DNA from: Phoronis australis
Taxonomy: Eukaryota > Animalia > Phoronida
Direction: 5' to 3'
Length of the DNA stretch: 64,000 nt
NCBI GenBank assembly: GCA_002633005.1
Contig: NMRA01000182.1
Location: 603,768 to 667,767 of the forward strand
Made by a program: the position numbers and the translations under genes. Shown here piece by piece: positions 39,401 through 50,849 of this stretch (the stretch's first letter is position 1; every line of letters starts with the position of its first letter). Below the pieces are notes generated by a model, which was not told where the DNA came from, did no database searches, and saw nothing but the letters and a program-made list of their open reading frames with translations.

Positions 39401-40075
39401 TGTCATTGACCCCAACGAGGACCAAGCACCAGTACTTGGGGAGAAACCGGTGAGATAAAAGCACTTAAATCTAAACGTTACGTGTTGTTGGCCGTGGAAA
39501 TTTTTAAGAATTGAAATTTGTATCACTGAGTGGTACTGTTAGTAACTGATTGCCTTTGTTTCCTAGGATCGAATTTCTTTAATTTTTATTTTTTGTAAGC
39601 TCATGAAACATATAATTTCAAAATCCTTAATGATGAAAGAAATTGAAATTATTATGTACACCAATAAATAGTATTTTTTTATAGAGAACACCGCCACGTC
39701 CACAAATGTGATTTTTTAAGCCAGAAAGCTCCAGTATAAAAATGATGTCAACATTTTTTGAAAAACGGAAGTTTAAGGTTATTTTAGAGCTAACAATTCT
39801 ATTGATTTGCAATTGATTGTTAAAAAGATATTTGGTCCTGGGCAACTAAGGTTGTCACTAATCTTAATTAATCTGCTGGGAAATTTCTATTTTTTTCGTA
39901 GAAGTATCAAAGTTTCTGAAGTTTTCAAATGCTAATTTTTGCATTTTTCATTATCTTTTTGGTTCGACACCATTTTAATGTGAATTTCACTTTGCTTTTG
40001 ATTATATTTCAGGCGGATCCAAACTGGCATTATGAAAATCCTGGGTTTGTTGCCGATGACGGAAACAAGGTTTAG
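15377..40075 (+). CDS. SLC6A5-like: SLC6 (NSS) Na+/Cl- dependent amino-acid transporter, glycine transporter 2 / ATB0,+-like; 14 coding exons, about 716 aa
   Basis: All GT-AG exons join in frame. Family motifs: [117 protein letters not shown]1 has Gly rather than the monoamine Asp. The first two exons are less certain. Confidence 0.93.
19440..19681. mobile_element. hAT-like MITE
   Basis: Termini CAGTGGCGGATCTAGG...CCTAAATCCGCCTATG with a 5-bp flanking duplication CATGT. Confidence 0.75.
20405..20712. mobile_element. hAT-like MITE (same family)
   Basis: Same termini, with a 6-bp flanking duplication TGTTTC. Confidence 0.8.
22446..22511 (+). CDS. SLC6 probable exon 2 ([22 protein letters not shown])
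   Basis: Strong acceptor ttttcgtctttttgcAG and donor GTG|gtacgc, 66 nt, phase 0/0. Confidence 0.6.
23916..24026. repeat. ~20-bp degenerate minisatellite (tgacgtgataaattttc..cc), about 6 copies
   Basis: Seen directly. Confidence 0.75.
25398..26475 (+). mobile_element. HINE/DINE-1-like element
   Basis: 5' inverted repeat, ccgtccatcc tract, internal ~145-bp units, 3' end ...ttgctcttgtt. Confidence 0.6.
26810..26993 (+). CDS. SLC6 exon 3 (TM1)
   Basis: VEPVLA...[21 protein letters not shown] bounded. Confidence 0.95.
27587..27718 (+). CDS. SLC6 exon 4 (TM2)
   Basis: GAFFIPY...ELSLGQF...APAFT. Confidence 0.95.
28297..28440 (+). CDS. SLC6 exon 5 (TM3, start of EL2)
   Basis: GIGVAMV...YYNMIIAW...LPWNHC. 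Confidence 0.95.
29318..29507 (+). CDS. SLC6 exon 6 (EL2)
   Basis: CLLRMP...TPAENYL; phases 1/2 fit the neighbouring exons; four N-x-T sequons. Confidence 0.9.
29520..30790 (+). mobile_element. HINE/DINE-1-like element
   Basis: ttatgcgtccacat 5' end, ~145-bp tandem units, 3' ...ttgctcttgt. Confidence 0.65.
31091..31229 (+). CDS. SLC6 exon 7 (TM4)
   Basis: YVALG...GGIRWDL...KGIKSSGK. Confidence 0.95.
31992..32126 (+). CDS. SLC6 exon 8 (TM5); not in the ORF track
   Basis: [49 protein letters not shown] bounded. Confidence 0.95.
33216..33444 (+). CDS. SLC6 exon 9 (TM6-TM7)
   Basis: [13 protein letters not shown]...[11 protein letters not shown]...DVAKS. Confidence 0.95.
33680..34795 (+). mobile_element. 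HINE/DINE-1-like element
   Basis: Same internal units and 3' end (gcagtcgtgggcgc...attgctcttgt). Confidence 0.6.
34898..35232 (+). CDS. SLC6 exon 10 (EL4, TM8-TM10)
   Basis: [12 protein letters not shown]...LGLDSQF...[12 protein letters not shown]...ECVAVGW. Confidence 0.95.
35956..36090 (+). CDS. SLC6 exon 11 (IL5, TM11)
   Basis: [16 protein letters not shown]...[11 protein letters not shown]. Confidence 0.95.
36403..37710 (+). mobile_element. HINE/DINE-1-like element (best preserved copy)
   Basis: 5' subTIR and IR TTATGCCCCCACAT...ATGTGGGTGC, GTC(T/C)-like tract, about 8 units of ~145 bp, 3' subTIR GTGGGAGCAT, then a short hairpin and CTTGTT. Confidence 0.7.
38516..38680 (+). CDS. SLC6 exon 12 (TM12)
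   Basis: [20 protein letters not shown]. Confidence 0.95.
39318..39449 (+). CDS. SLC6 exon 13 (C-tail)
   Basis: [14 protein letters not shown], the PxxxWGP motif of the glycine/proline subgroup. Confidence 0.9.
40013..40075 (+). CDS. SLC6 last exon [20 protein letters not shown]
   Basis: Acceptor tatttcAG, phase 0, TAG stop. Confidence 0.8.
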   Translation, partial: ADPNWHYENPGFVADDGNKV

Positions 40076-40719
40076 AACTTAAAAAATCTACAGTGTTAAT
40101 CTACAGTTTTAATCTCCTCTGAAAGCTCTTATCATGTGCATACGTCCTTGAGCGACCGTTGTCAAATGTATAAGAATATTTCCAAAGGCATTGTACGGTA
40201 AACCCAATAGGGGTAATTGAGAATTCTAGCACTACATGTAATTTTGTATGTTATTTTACCTATTTTATGTTCTGACTATATTTTGTGTAATGAATCCACA
40301 TTCCAGCTGGAAAGAGTGTGCGTAATTTTAAATTTCGGTAACACGTATTCCTTTTAAACATCGTGATAAATTAACATGTCACACTGGATGTAAGCATTAG
40401 ACTGTTGACTTTGTTCTAACATGAGAACTTTCAAGCGGTTTTAAATGTACATAATCTGGTTTAGGGTCGAAAACTCTTAAAATTATTTGTATTCTTTGAA
40501 GTTTTTTGCAATTTAAATAGTTTTAAACAAACGAATGAAACATAAAAGCGTGATTGTATTACAAATCGCCAATCTGTGACTATCAGTTAGCAAAATTAGT
40601 GTTCTACACTACATTTTGATACTAAATCCTCTGTTAGTCCCTGTGCGATTTTGAATTTTATACATAACGATTTTGTATATTTTATCATGTACATTGCCAG
40701 ACTGTATACCATTTTCAAT

Positions 40720-40725
40720 AATAAA
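40720..40725 (+). terminator. Candidate polyadenylation signal of the SLC6 gene
   Basis: AATAAA about 650 nt after the stop codon. Confidence 0.45.
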
Positions 40726-41863
40726 GGTTACTTTACATGGACTGATCTCGTCATTGTCAAGGGTGACTGATTTTACAGTGCGTTATTGACATAACGGCGT
40801 ATTGTCGACTTTTGATTTGATATTCTCTGAGAAGAAAAAGCAACCGTACGGTATTCTAAACTGCAAGTAGTTCGTGACCTGAGACTGACTTGTACTCACA
40901 GAGGGGCTTGGACCCGGGCTGTAGTACATAGATGTAAAGTAACATTTAGGAAAAGGATTTCTGTGTTGGTGCAAAATATAGAGTGGAGATATAAAAATTT
41001 TATGAATAGTCAGACCACCGAATTCATCAATGTATTTGGAAACCAGTAACTGTCAACGGGGCTGTAAACACCAAGTAAGCCTACATTTTCTTGTTAAAGA
41101 GTGGAGACCATTCGATACGAACTGTCGTTTAAAAATTGTTGATATTGTATCTCGCAGCAGTTAGATTGCCAAATAATGCGTGAACAGCTCCTGCTTTCAC
41201 TTTAGGCAGTTCAGTGTGCTCGTAGCACGCCATATGCGCTATCCATCACTATCAGTCGCAGTGGATTTCTCGTATCTTTTCATCATGCCAACATAGTAGG
41301 CGCTGGTTCCAGATTGATGATGCCTGGAGCATCCTAACACAGATTCACTTTTGATTTGCTGTCTAAAAGTACCATTTCAGTTTTGCGTGTCACCATGCAT
41401 TCAAATTCACAAGTAGATAAAGTTGTTTTTTACACTTCCCAGTTTATTAGCAGGTGTTTCGGTCGAGGAAATCTTGGAAAGTCTTAGTTTTGAAAATGCA
41501 TTTTAATTTAAGCAAAATTATGCGACTATATGTTAAGATGACGTCATTATAACTTCAGCTTTAGATTCAATGTTTTAGACTTAAGCATACTCCGCTTCAG
41601 AAATGGTGAATATTCGTCCTATTCCATTGGCAGTCCGCAAAATGTACAAATTTACTCAAAAAGGCGATTATCGATTTGTGTTCCAGCATTCTTTCAAATT
41701 CAATTATCTTTGAGGTAATGCGAAGTTTTCGACAACCATCATTTACTAAATTATATTTTCAATAAAAGTTCAAAGGTTTCTGAAATTCTATTTCAAAGGA
41801 ACACGTACTGAGGACGAGTTTTTAAATTTTTCACCATACGTTGGAAACAAGCCTACAAGTAGC

Positions 41864-41976
41864 AAAAAGACTAGTGTCGGTACGGAGTAGTGGTTCTCCA
41901 CATTGCTATAGAGAATCCAACTGCTTTTGTCTCAGTGGAAGAGTTTCTTGGTTTGCCCACTACACCACGGCTCGCC
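41864..41976 (-). ncRNA. Candidate Pol III small RNA (Y RNA/sbRNA-like or vault-like), copy 1
   Basis: GGCGAG start, T5 end, stem-bulge-stem fold; one mismatch in the terminal stem. Confidence 0.5.
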
Positions 41977-42582
41977 TAGTTATGCTATCAAGAGAAAGTT
42001 GTACATGAAGCTTCGTCTGCTGTTGTGCAATCTAACACAGGAAGTGGTGCATCAGACTACAACTGTGACATCTATTGGTGAAAATTAAATGAATGGAATG
42101 TGGTGCCACTCCGGCGCAACACCTTATAACATATTAATACCGATTTAAGATCGACTGTCTCTCCAAAACGCTGCTGTCTGTATGTTTGTAAGTCTTCTGT
42201 AGGTTTCTGGAATTTCTGGAGATATAAGCCTGAGACACCGTTTAACGTCAATTTCGTTTTCTGACCTTCCTGATACTATTAAAAAGCACGGAGACGTTTG
42301 TGTAGGATCACCCAGTACCATTAACGTACAGTGATTTATTTAAAACAAAATTGAAATACTAAACATTTTAAACGTTATAAATGAACTTGCTTTGTCGCCC
42401 GGACGATTCCGCCATTCTTTCAATTTCATTCCTTTTTGAGGTAGTGGAATTTCATTGATAAACGTCATTTAGTGAATTATGTTTTCAATAAAAATGGAAA
42501 AGTATCTGAAATACTGTTGAAAATTAACACGCACTGTGTTTACGTTTTTCATCAGCACGTTCGAAGCAAGTCTACACGTAGC

Positions 42583-42695
42583 AAAAAGACGAGTGTCGGT
42601 TTGGAGTAGTGGTTCTCCACATTGCTGTAGAGAATCCAACTGCTTTTGTCTCAGTGGAAGAGTTTCTTGGTTTCCCCTCTACACCACGGCTCGCC
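42583..42695 (-). ncRNA. Candidate Pol III small RNA, copy 2
   Basis: As copy 1; GUAGUG changed to GUAGAG. Confidence 0.5.
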
Positions 42696-43530
42696 TAGTT
42701 ATGCTATCAAGAGAAAGTTGTATATGAAGCTTCGTCTGCTGTTGTGTAATCTAACACAGGAAGTGGTGCAATTGACTACAACCGTGACGTCTAGTGGTGA
42801 AAGGTTGTACCAGTCGAAATATATTAATACGCCGATTTAACAACAAATGTCTGTCCAAAACGGTGCAGTTTGTATGTTTGCAAACCTTTTGTAGGTTTCT
42901 GGAATATCTGTTAATGTAAGACTCTGATAATGTATAAATGGACATTTGTTTTCGGACTTTCGTGTTTCCAAAAAGCCAGTAAGGAGTTGTGTTGGAAGCA
43001 TGCACGTGCGTTGTAGAAACAACTAACTTTCTAGAGACAAAACGAAAAATAAATCTTGAATTGGTGTTGAATAGACGAAGAACCAAACGTGAGCGATCAA
43101 CTTTGACACCAGTAGCAGCCAAACGTCATCATACCGTTCTGTTTGATTTGATTACCCCTCGTAAGTCTGCGATGAGCAACTTTTCATATGATAGATCTTG
43201 TAATAAATGATGAAAAGACAGTTGTCTGCTTGTTCAGAAGCGTTTGTTATTTAAACTAACCAAAATGCATTACATTAAAATGCTTGAATCAAAACACAAT
43301 TTAAAATATTTAAAAGTTAGTGACGTTTGACTTTGTCATAGTGTGTCGACATTCTTTCAAATTCAATTGTCTTTGAGGTAATGTAAAGTTTTCGACAACC
43401 ATCATTTAATCAATTATATTTTCAATAAATGTGAAAAGGTATTTGAAATATTATTGGAAAGGAACACGCTCTGCGGACAAACAGTTTCTAAGTCTTTCAT
43501 CAATACGTTCGAAGCAAGCCTACACGTAAC

Positions 43531-43643
43531 AAAAAGACGAGTGTCGATACGGAGTAGTGGTTCTCCACATTGCTGTAGAGAATCCAACTGCTTTCGTCTC
43601 AGTGGAAGAATTTCTTGGTTTGCCCACTACACCACGGCTCGCC
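43531..43643 (-). ncRNA. Candidate Pol III small RNA, copy 3
   Basis: Intact stems, T5, TATA-like element at -30. Confidence 0.55.
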
Positions 43644-44485
43644 TAGTTATGCTGTCAAGAGAAAGTTGTATATGAAGCTTCGTCTGCTGTTGTGCAATCT
43701 TCCACAGGAAGTGGTGCAACAGACTACAACGGTGACATTTATTGGTGAAACGTGATGCCCCTCGGAACACATTAATACCAATTTAATATCGACTGTCTGT
43801 TCAAAACGGTGCAGTTTGTACGTTTGTAAAGCTTTTGTAATTTTCTAGAATTTCTGAAAATATAAGCCTCTGACAGCGTACAACGGGACGTCTGTGTTTT
43901 ACTTTCCTATCACTAAAAAGTAGGGAGTTGTGTTGGAAGCGTGCATTTACGTTGTAGAAACAATTAAATTTCTAGAGACGAAGCGAAAAATCAATCTTGA
44001 AGTGGCGACGAATAGAGGAAGTACCAAAGTTGAGCTATCAACTTTGACATCAGTAGCAGTCAAACGTCAGCAAACCATTTCAAAACCGTTTGAACCCGAT
44101 TGCGCTACCTTGTCATTCCGCGATGAGCGACTTTTCATATAAATCTTGAAATATACGATGGAATAGACAGTTGTCTGCTTGTTCAGAAGTGTTTGTTATT
44201 AAAACTAACCCAAATGCATGAAAGTACAATGCTTTAATTTAAACACAATTTAAAATATTTAATAATTATAAAAACGTTTTAAATGCAATTGACTTTGCCA
44301 TTGTGTTCCGGTATTCTTTCAAATTCACTTGTCTTTGAGGTAATGCGACGTTACTGACAACCATTCTTTATTGAATTATATTTTCAACAAAAAGGTATCT
44401 GAAATTCTATTTGAAAGGAACACGCACTGCGGACAACGAGTTTTTAAAATTTTCATCATACGTTCCAAGCAAGCCTGCATGTAGC

Positions 44486-44598
44486 AAAAAGACGAGTGTC
44501 GGTTTGGAGTAGTGGTTCTCCACATTGCTGTAGAGAATCCAACTGCTTTCGTCTCAGTGGAAGAGTTTCTTGGTTTGCCCACTACACCACGGCTCGCC
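44486..44598 (-). ncRNA. Candidate Pol III small RNA, copy 4
   Basis: Intact stems, T5, TATA-like element at about -30. Confidence 0.55.
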
Positions 44599-45195
44599 TA
44601 GTTATGCTATGAAGGAAAGTTGTATATGAAGCTTCGTCTGCTGTTGTGCAATCTAACACAGGAAGTGGTGCAACAGACTACAACGGTGACATTTATTGGT
44701 GAAAATTACATGAATGTAATGTGGTGCCAGTCCGGCGGAAAACCTTATAACATATTAATACCGATTCAAGATCGACTGTCTCTCCAAAACGCTGCGGTCT
44801 GTATGTTTGTAAATCTTCTGCAGGTTTCTGGAATTTCTGGAGATATAAGCCTGAGACACCGTCTAACGTCAATTTCATTTTCTGACCTTCCTGTTACTAT
44901 TGAAAAGCACGGAGACGTTTGTGTAGGATCACTCAGTACCATTAACGTACAGTGATTTATTTAAAACAAAATTGAAATACTAAACGTTATGAATGAACTT
45001 GCTTTGTCGCCCGGGCGATTCCGCCATTCTTTCAATTTCATTCCTTTTTGAGGTAGTGGAATTTCATTGATAAACATCATTTGGTGAATCATGTTTTCAA
45101 TAAAAACGGAAAAGTATCTGAAATACTATTGAAAATTAACACGCACTGTGTTTACGTTTTTCATCACCACATTCGAAGCAAGCCTACACGTAGCT

Positions 45196-45307
45196 AAAAG
45201 ACGAGAGTCGATTTGGAGTAGTGGTTCTCCACATTACTGTAGAGAATCCAACTGCTTTTGTCTCAGTGGAAGAGTTTCTTGGTTTGCCCACTACACCACG
45301 GCTCGCC
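45196..45307 (-). ncRNA. Candidate Pol III small RNA, copy 5
   Basis: T4 end; the tetraloop reads GUAA (still GNRA). Confidence 0.5.
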
Positions 45308-45630
45308 TAGTTATGCTATGAAGGAAAGTTGTTCGTACATGAAGCTTCGTCTGCTGTTGTGCAATCTTTCACACGAAGTGGTGCAACAGACTACAACTGT
45401 GACATCTATTGGTGAAAATTACATGAATGTAATGTGGTGCCAGTCCGGCGGAAAACCTTATAACATATTAATACCGATTTAAGATGTACTGTCTCTTCAA
45501 AACGTTGCAGTCTTTGTGTTTGTAAATCTTCTGTATATTTCTGGAATTTCTGGAGATAAAAGCCTGATACACCGTCTAACTTTACTTTCGTTTTCTGACC
45601 TTCCTGTTACTATTAAAAAGCACAGGAGAC

Positions 45631-48600
45631 CATAGAGAGATTCGCGACTCCGTGAAGTCTCGCGGCCTAACGCAAAAGTACGTGAGCAGGACTCAAAACT
45701 TCCGGTCTCATGGCTAAGCATAGTAAACGAAGGTGAACTTTGGTTTTTATTTCACGCACGTCAAGCAAATTTTTGAGTTTGAAATTAAGTTGTTGTGTTT
45801 AATGCAAACTAAATCGCGTATGCGAGCCATTCAAGTCGGATCATTGGTACGAAACGTGTCGGAATTAACTTGACAAGTTGTTGATCGGCCCGCTTGCTGG
45901 CACAGTTCAACAGTACACACGAATCGAGGAGTTTGACCCAAAAAAAGGTTGAGCTAAATGGATAATTCTTTTTACCAGTTGAATTTTCAGTCATTTACGA
46001 TGAAATTTAGTTTGAATTTTGTGATTTTGTATGAATTTTGGATCGACCTAAATGCAGTTTCTCATTCGTTACTATGTTTACAATACATAAGCCATGGTTT
46101 ACCAATATATCCAAAATTCAGCAAGAGCGAAATTTTGCCATTTTTCATGATTTTCAGAAGCTCATATATATTAGCATGATGAAAAGTGATGGAAAATGAA
46201 AAGTATCGAAAATATTAAAACTTTCTTCTTTATATTGATATCTGTTTCATTCATGAATATTTTTAAAAATCGAAGTACTGCAGCACTTGAGAAGGGGATA
46301 AATGGATAAATTTTCAGTTTGCTAAATGGCCGTTACTGAACCGATTTTAATGATATGTATATCCAGGGGCGGATCCAGGATTTTGTATTAGGGGGACCAG
46401 AGCAGAGTATTAGCCAGGATTTTGTCATTCAGACATTGGCACTCCCGATCTGCCAAATCGTGGAATCTGGGGGAATTTTAGGGGGGTGTAGCCCTCTTGG
46501 CCGACCTATAAATCCGCTATTGATGTCAAATTGCTAAAAACATCTGCCTTAAGTGTACACTTTTGTTTGTTTGTTTTTTGATAAAAGTATGGGAAAATGT
46601 AGTTTTTTTAATTTAATGCCTTTTCAATTTCTAAACTGGAAAAATTCTGCAAGTGTACTCTTCCAAAAAAGGTAAATTCAGTCATTTTCAAGAACCATGC
46701 AGACCTTTACAGGGTTAAAACTGAACTCAAATTTGATTGGTCAAATGGATTAAACAGAATCAGTCAAAACTTCCCTAAATTACATAAAGTGACCCAAATT
46801 GGTGAAATATTTTCATTATAACAGTACAGAATATTTTTAAAATTCAATTTCAGTTTTGGGGATAGATTCAGTCTATTTTCTTCAAAAATAATTTTGTTAC
46901 ATGTTTTCTACCTTGTGGTGCTGTGATCAGTTTCATTTTTAAAAAATTATATTTTGCATTAAAATAATTGTTTATTCAAGGCTGCAGTACATCAAAACCG
47001 TTTAGAATACGAGTATGCTCTTTTTGGATGGTCACTAACACAACGCCTCTCAATTCTTATATTATTTGACAGGAATAAAATTGATTTAAATTTCATTGAA
47101 ATTTTAATGTCCAATTTAATTTTGTTTAATTAAAAACGCACATGACCATTTTTATCATATGGTGCGTAACTTAAGATTGTGAAAACATTGATCTCACTTG
47201 GGGAAAAAGAATAATTCGTATAACCTCAAAGATTTTTGAATAAATGACGAAATACTCTGAAAAAACTAGGTTTCTGGTTTTTGCTATTTTTGAAATCATT
47301 TGTTACACCACTTTCATTTTTAGAATTGTTTTGAAATATTTTGGAATCAAAAAAATATTTTCACCGAACCATTGTAATTCTTGAAGTGTTTTGTCGTTTT
47401 AAAAGTGGTTTGGCGACGATATGTTGTTAACTTACATGTAAAGGACTCTATCTTGTTTTAGCAACACAGTGAGCTATGGATTCCTAAATATAGTTGTCTA
47501 AACTTGATATTTTTGTGGCCTGAAATTTTTGGGTGCTATTTGCTGTAAAAAAGGCTATTTTTGAGGCTGCAAAAATTAAAAACTCGAAAAAAAATTTCAA
47601 AAATATAAAGTGGCTAAAGCTACCATTTTAGACTATTGAAGTGTTTCTGATGAAATTTGTATTTTGCTTTGCTCTGACAGCTCTATTTTGTAAAACATAG
47701 TATGTAAAGGGTGTTTTTGTATTCCTTCTCAGAAATGTATGCAATACCTTATGTAATGTTGTTATGTTTTTTCCTGTTTGTTATTGTAAAAATCCCATTG
47801 CATATTCGTGTTGCCAGTTTTCACTTACCAATTGTAAAGTAAGGCAGGGGAATCCCAGACCCCTGTTACTTACTCATTGGAACTGGGAAAATAAAAAAAA
47901 TGAAAAATGTCTATTTTGTGTGTTCTGTGCTATCTGATAACACTAAAAATAAGGCTGACAGAACACCTTTCATAACCCGAATCTTTACCTCTCATGTTCT
48001 CTATTTCAAATTTTTTGGTATTTTGTTTCAGTTGGTGGTTTCATTTCATGTTATAACTTTTTTCTTCTGCAGGCAAAAATATAACGCTTAAAACTGAATT
48101 CCCTTCACTGTGTATAAAGTGCAAAAACTTAATTTATAAAAAATATACTATACAAGTTTCCTTTCGAACATTGAATATCTGTTGGGGTCACAAAATCCCT
48201 AACGAGAATTACAGTGCCAACTGGTCCTTCCAAATTTTGACGTTTTCAATTCAATCGCTGGTTGTCTCCACTACTCAATAGTGGCACTGATTCTGTTGCG
48301 GCAATTAAACATTCACGCTCAATGCGATATTGAAAATTAACTCATTTTTTTGTTAAAAAGCCATAAAAGAGTCCTGGGGGAAAAGTTCACTTTCACAAAA
48401 TCGCGTTCCAGATACAAATCTTCGTTCCATATTACTTTATAGATATTCTATGTATTTGTAACATTTAGAGGATGTTCAGAAGCTGAAAGAGAGGAATAGA
48501 CATTAGGTCTTAATCAGCATGCCCACCTATAAATATCACTTGCCAAGAAACTGGAGAATATGTCAACTCAGTCGACATGGAGAGCATGATATGCTGCTAT

Positions 48601-49602
48601 TGAAAATATTGAGAGTCCTTTTCGATTACATTCACGAATCCCATTTTGAATGAGCAGCAAACAGGGTCATGCTGCACTTGTTAGCGCGACATTCTTGTTA
48701 CCCCCTCCATTTGTCAGTCTTTGCAGTATTTCACACCTGCTGTGTACCATTGCATATTTGATTAGGTTTTACTTTGTGGTGGTATTACTGAGTCATTTTA
48801 TTTCCACTTGATGAAACAAGTATTTTCGAAATATAGTTTGTCGTCTCTTGGTCAGTTTCTTTACCATTGTTCTGACGATACGAACGGAATGGAATAAAGA
48901 TTGTTAACAGCAACAAGTGTCATGTATCGAACCAATTTCGCATAATCGTAGTTATGTTTAGAAGTTGCCTTACAATGTACTTTTGGCCTATGATAGTAGT
49001 GACAGCAAGTTTTTGACACACAAGTTTTTGACAACACAAGTTTTTGACACTAAGTTTTGCAAATGATATGTCAATGTCAGTTAGCCTTTGGCCCTTCCCC
49101 CTGGAACAAACTGTGTGTGAATTACAAATATTTATTGTGTAACATTGTTACAAATTCATTTTTGTTGGTTAATACTTGTGCTCATGATTATGAGCTGATT
49201 TGTACGGTACTCAATTTAAACAAACACCAATACTAATTGCAACAACAAATCAGCTGATGCGACTGCGTAAGTGTAAATGATAAACAAGGGAAAATCAGCT
49301 GAAGCCGTTTCTGGCGATAATAACTCATAACATGTCTGAATTATCTTGTGAATGTTTTAAATGACATGACAGAGAACACTATACGCATTTTATTTTTACA
49401 AGTCTTAAACACTCCAAAAAATCAAGCAATTCGACTCATTACTTTACCAAATCTTGAAACGAGGGAACGATTGCTCAATAAAACCGGAAGTTTTCTATCC
49501 TGCGTGTGCAGCGCCCTATCATCGTTAGTGCTTATGTCCCGTGGCCCGCGACATGCGCAACGCGCTCTAACGGGAGTTGGCAGTCCCTATCTATAGTCTA
49601 TG
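45631..49602. mobile_element. ~4 kb non-autonomous DNA transposon, P-element-like termini
   Basis: CATAGA...TCTATG ends, flanking duplication (a/c)GGAGAC of the host unit, and inverted subterminal motif GCAGGA..AAAACTTCCGGT. The host unit resumes in register after it. Confidence 0.7.
46364..46522. mobile_element. hAT-like MITE nested in the P-like element
   Basis: CAGGGGCGGATCC...AAATCCGCTATTG with flanks atatc/atgtc. Confidence 0.65.
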
Positions 49603-49900
49603 CGGAGACGTTTGTGTAGGATCACCCAGTACCATTAACGTACAGTGATTTATTTAAAACAAAATTGAAATACTAAACGTTATAAATGGACTTGCTTTGT
49701 CGCCCGGACGATTCCGCCATTCTTTCAATTTCATTCCTTTTTGAGGTAGTGGGATTTAACTGATAAACATCATTTAGTGAATTATATGATCATTAAAAAT
49801 GGAAAAGTATCTGAAATAATATTGAAAATTAACACGCACTGCGGACAACGAGTGTTAACGTTTTTCATCACCAGGTTCGAAGCAAACCTATACACGTAGC

Positions 49901-50013
49901 AAAAAGACGAGTGTCGATTTGGAGTAGTGGTTCTCCACATTGCTGTAGAGAATCCAACTGCTTTTGTCTCAGTGGAAGAGTTTCTTGGTTTGCCCACTAC
50001 ACCACGGCTCGCC
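49901..50013 (-). ncRNA. Candidate Pol III small RNA, copy 6 (upstream TATA region deleted)
   Basis: Intact body; about 20 bp missing upstream of +1. Confidence 0.45.
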
Positions 50014-50849
50014 TAGTTATACACGAAGCTTCGTCTGCTGTTGTGCAATCTTCCACGGGAAGAAGTGGTGCAACAGACTGCGCAATTGGGACATCTATTG
50101 GTGAAACTTACATGAATGTAACGTGGTGACCGTCGGAACACACTGATACCGATTTAATATCGACCATTTGTCTAAAACGTTGCAACGGTCTGTATGTTTA
50201 TAAATTTTCTGTAGGTTTCGTAAACTTCTATAAATATAAGTCTGAGACAACATAACGGCATTTTCGTTTTTTGACCTTCAGTTCCTGGTACTCTCAAGTA
50301 GATGTTTGTGTTGGATCGTGCGCTGTAAAACATTGATTTATTTAGGAATGGTGATGATAGACGAACCAATTAAACTGAGCGATCTGCTGGCACTCCAGCA
50401 GCAGTCAAACGTCAGTAAGCCATTTCAAATTGATATTTTAAACGACTGGCCTATCTCAGTTGATGAGGGACGGTTTACATCGATCTTCAAATTAAAGATG
50501 TCATAAGCATTCTTCCGTCGCTTATATAATAGCGTTTGTTATTAAAAGTCACTCAGTCGCATTAACATACAGTGGATTTATTTAAAACAAAATTGGAATA
50601 CTAAACATTTTAAACGTATTAAATGAACTGGCCTTGTCGCCCGGACGATTCCGCCATTCTTTCAATTCCATTCCTTTTTCACTGAGGTAATGGTATTTTA
50701 TTGACAAATACCATTTAGTGAATATTATTTTCAATAAAGATGGAAAAGTATCTGAAATACTATTGGAAATGAACACGCACTGTGGACAACCGTTGATTTT
50801 CTAAGTTCTTCATCATTACGTCAGTCGAAGCACGCCTGCACGTCATAGC

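Noticed and set aside
41864-41976. tRNA, 5S rRNA or spliced-leader RNA identity for the core
   Set aside because: No cloverleaf or GTTCRA T-loop, no 5S loop E or box C, and no Sm site.
41869-42075. Plus-strand H/ACA snoRNA reading of the array core (AGAGAA, hairpin, ACA)
   Set aside because: The H box is lost in copies 4-6 and the ACA in copy 2. The oligo-T end and GNRA loop favour the minus strand.
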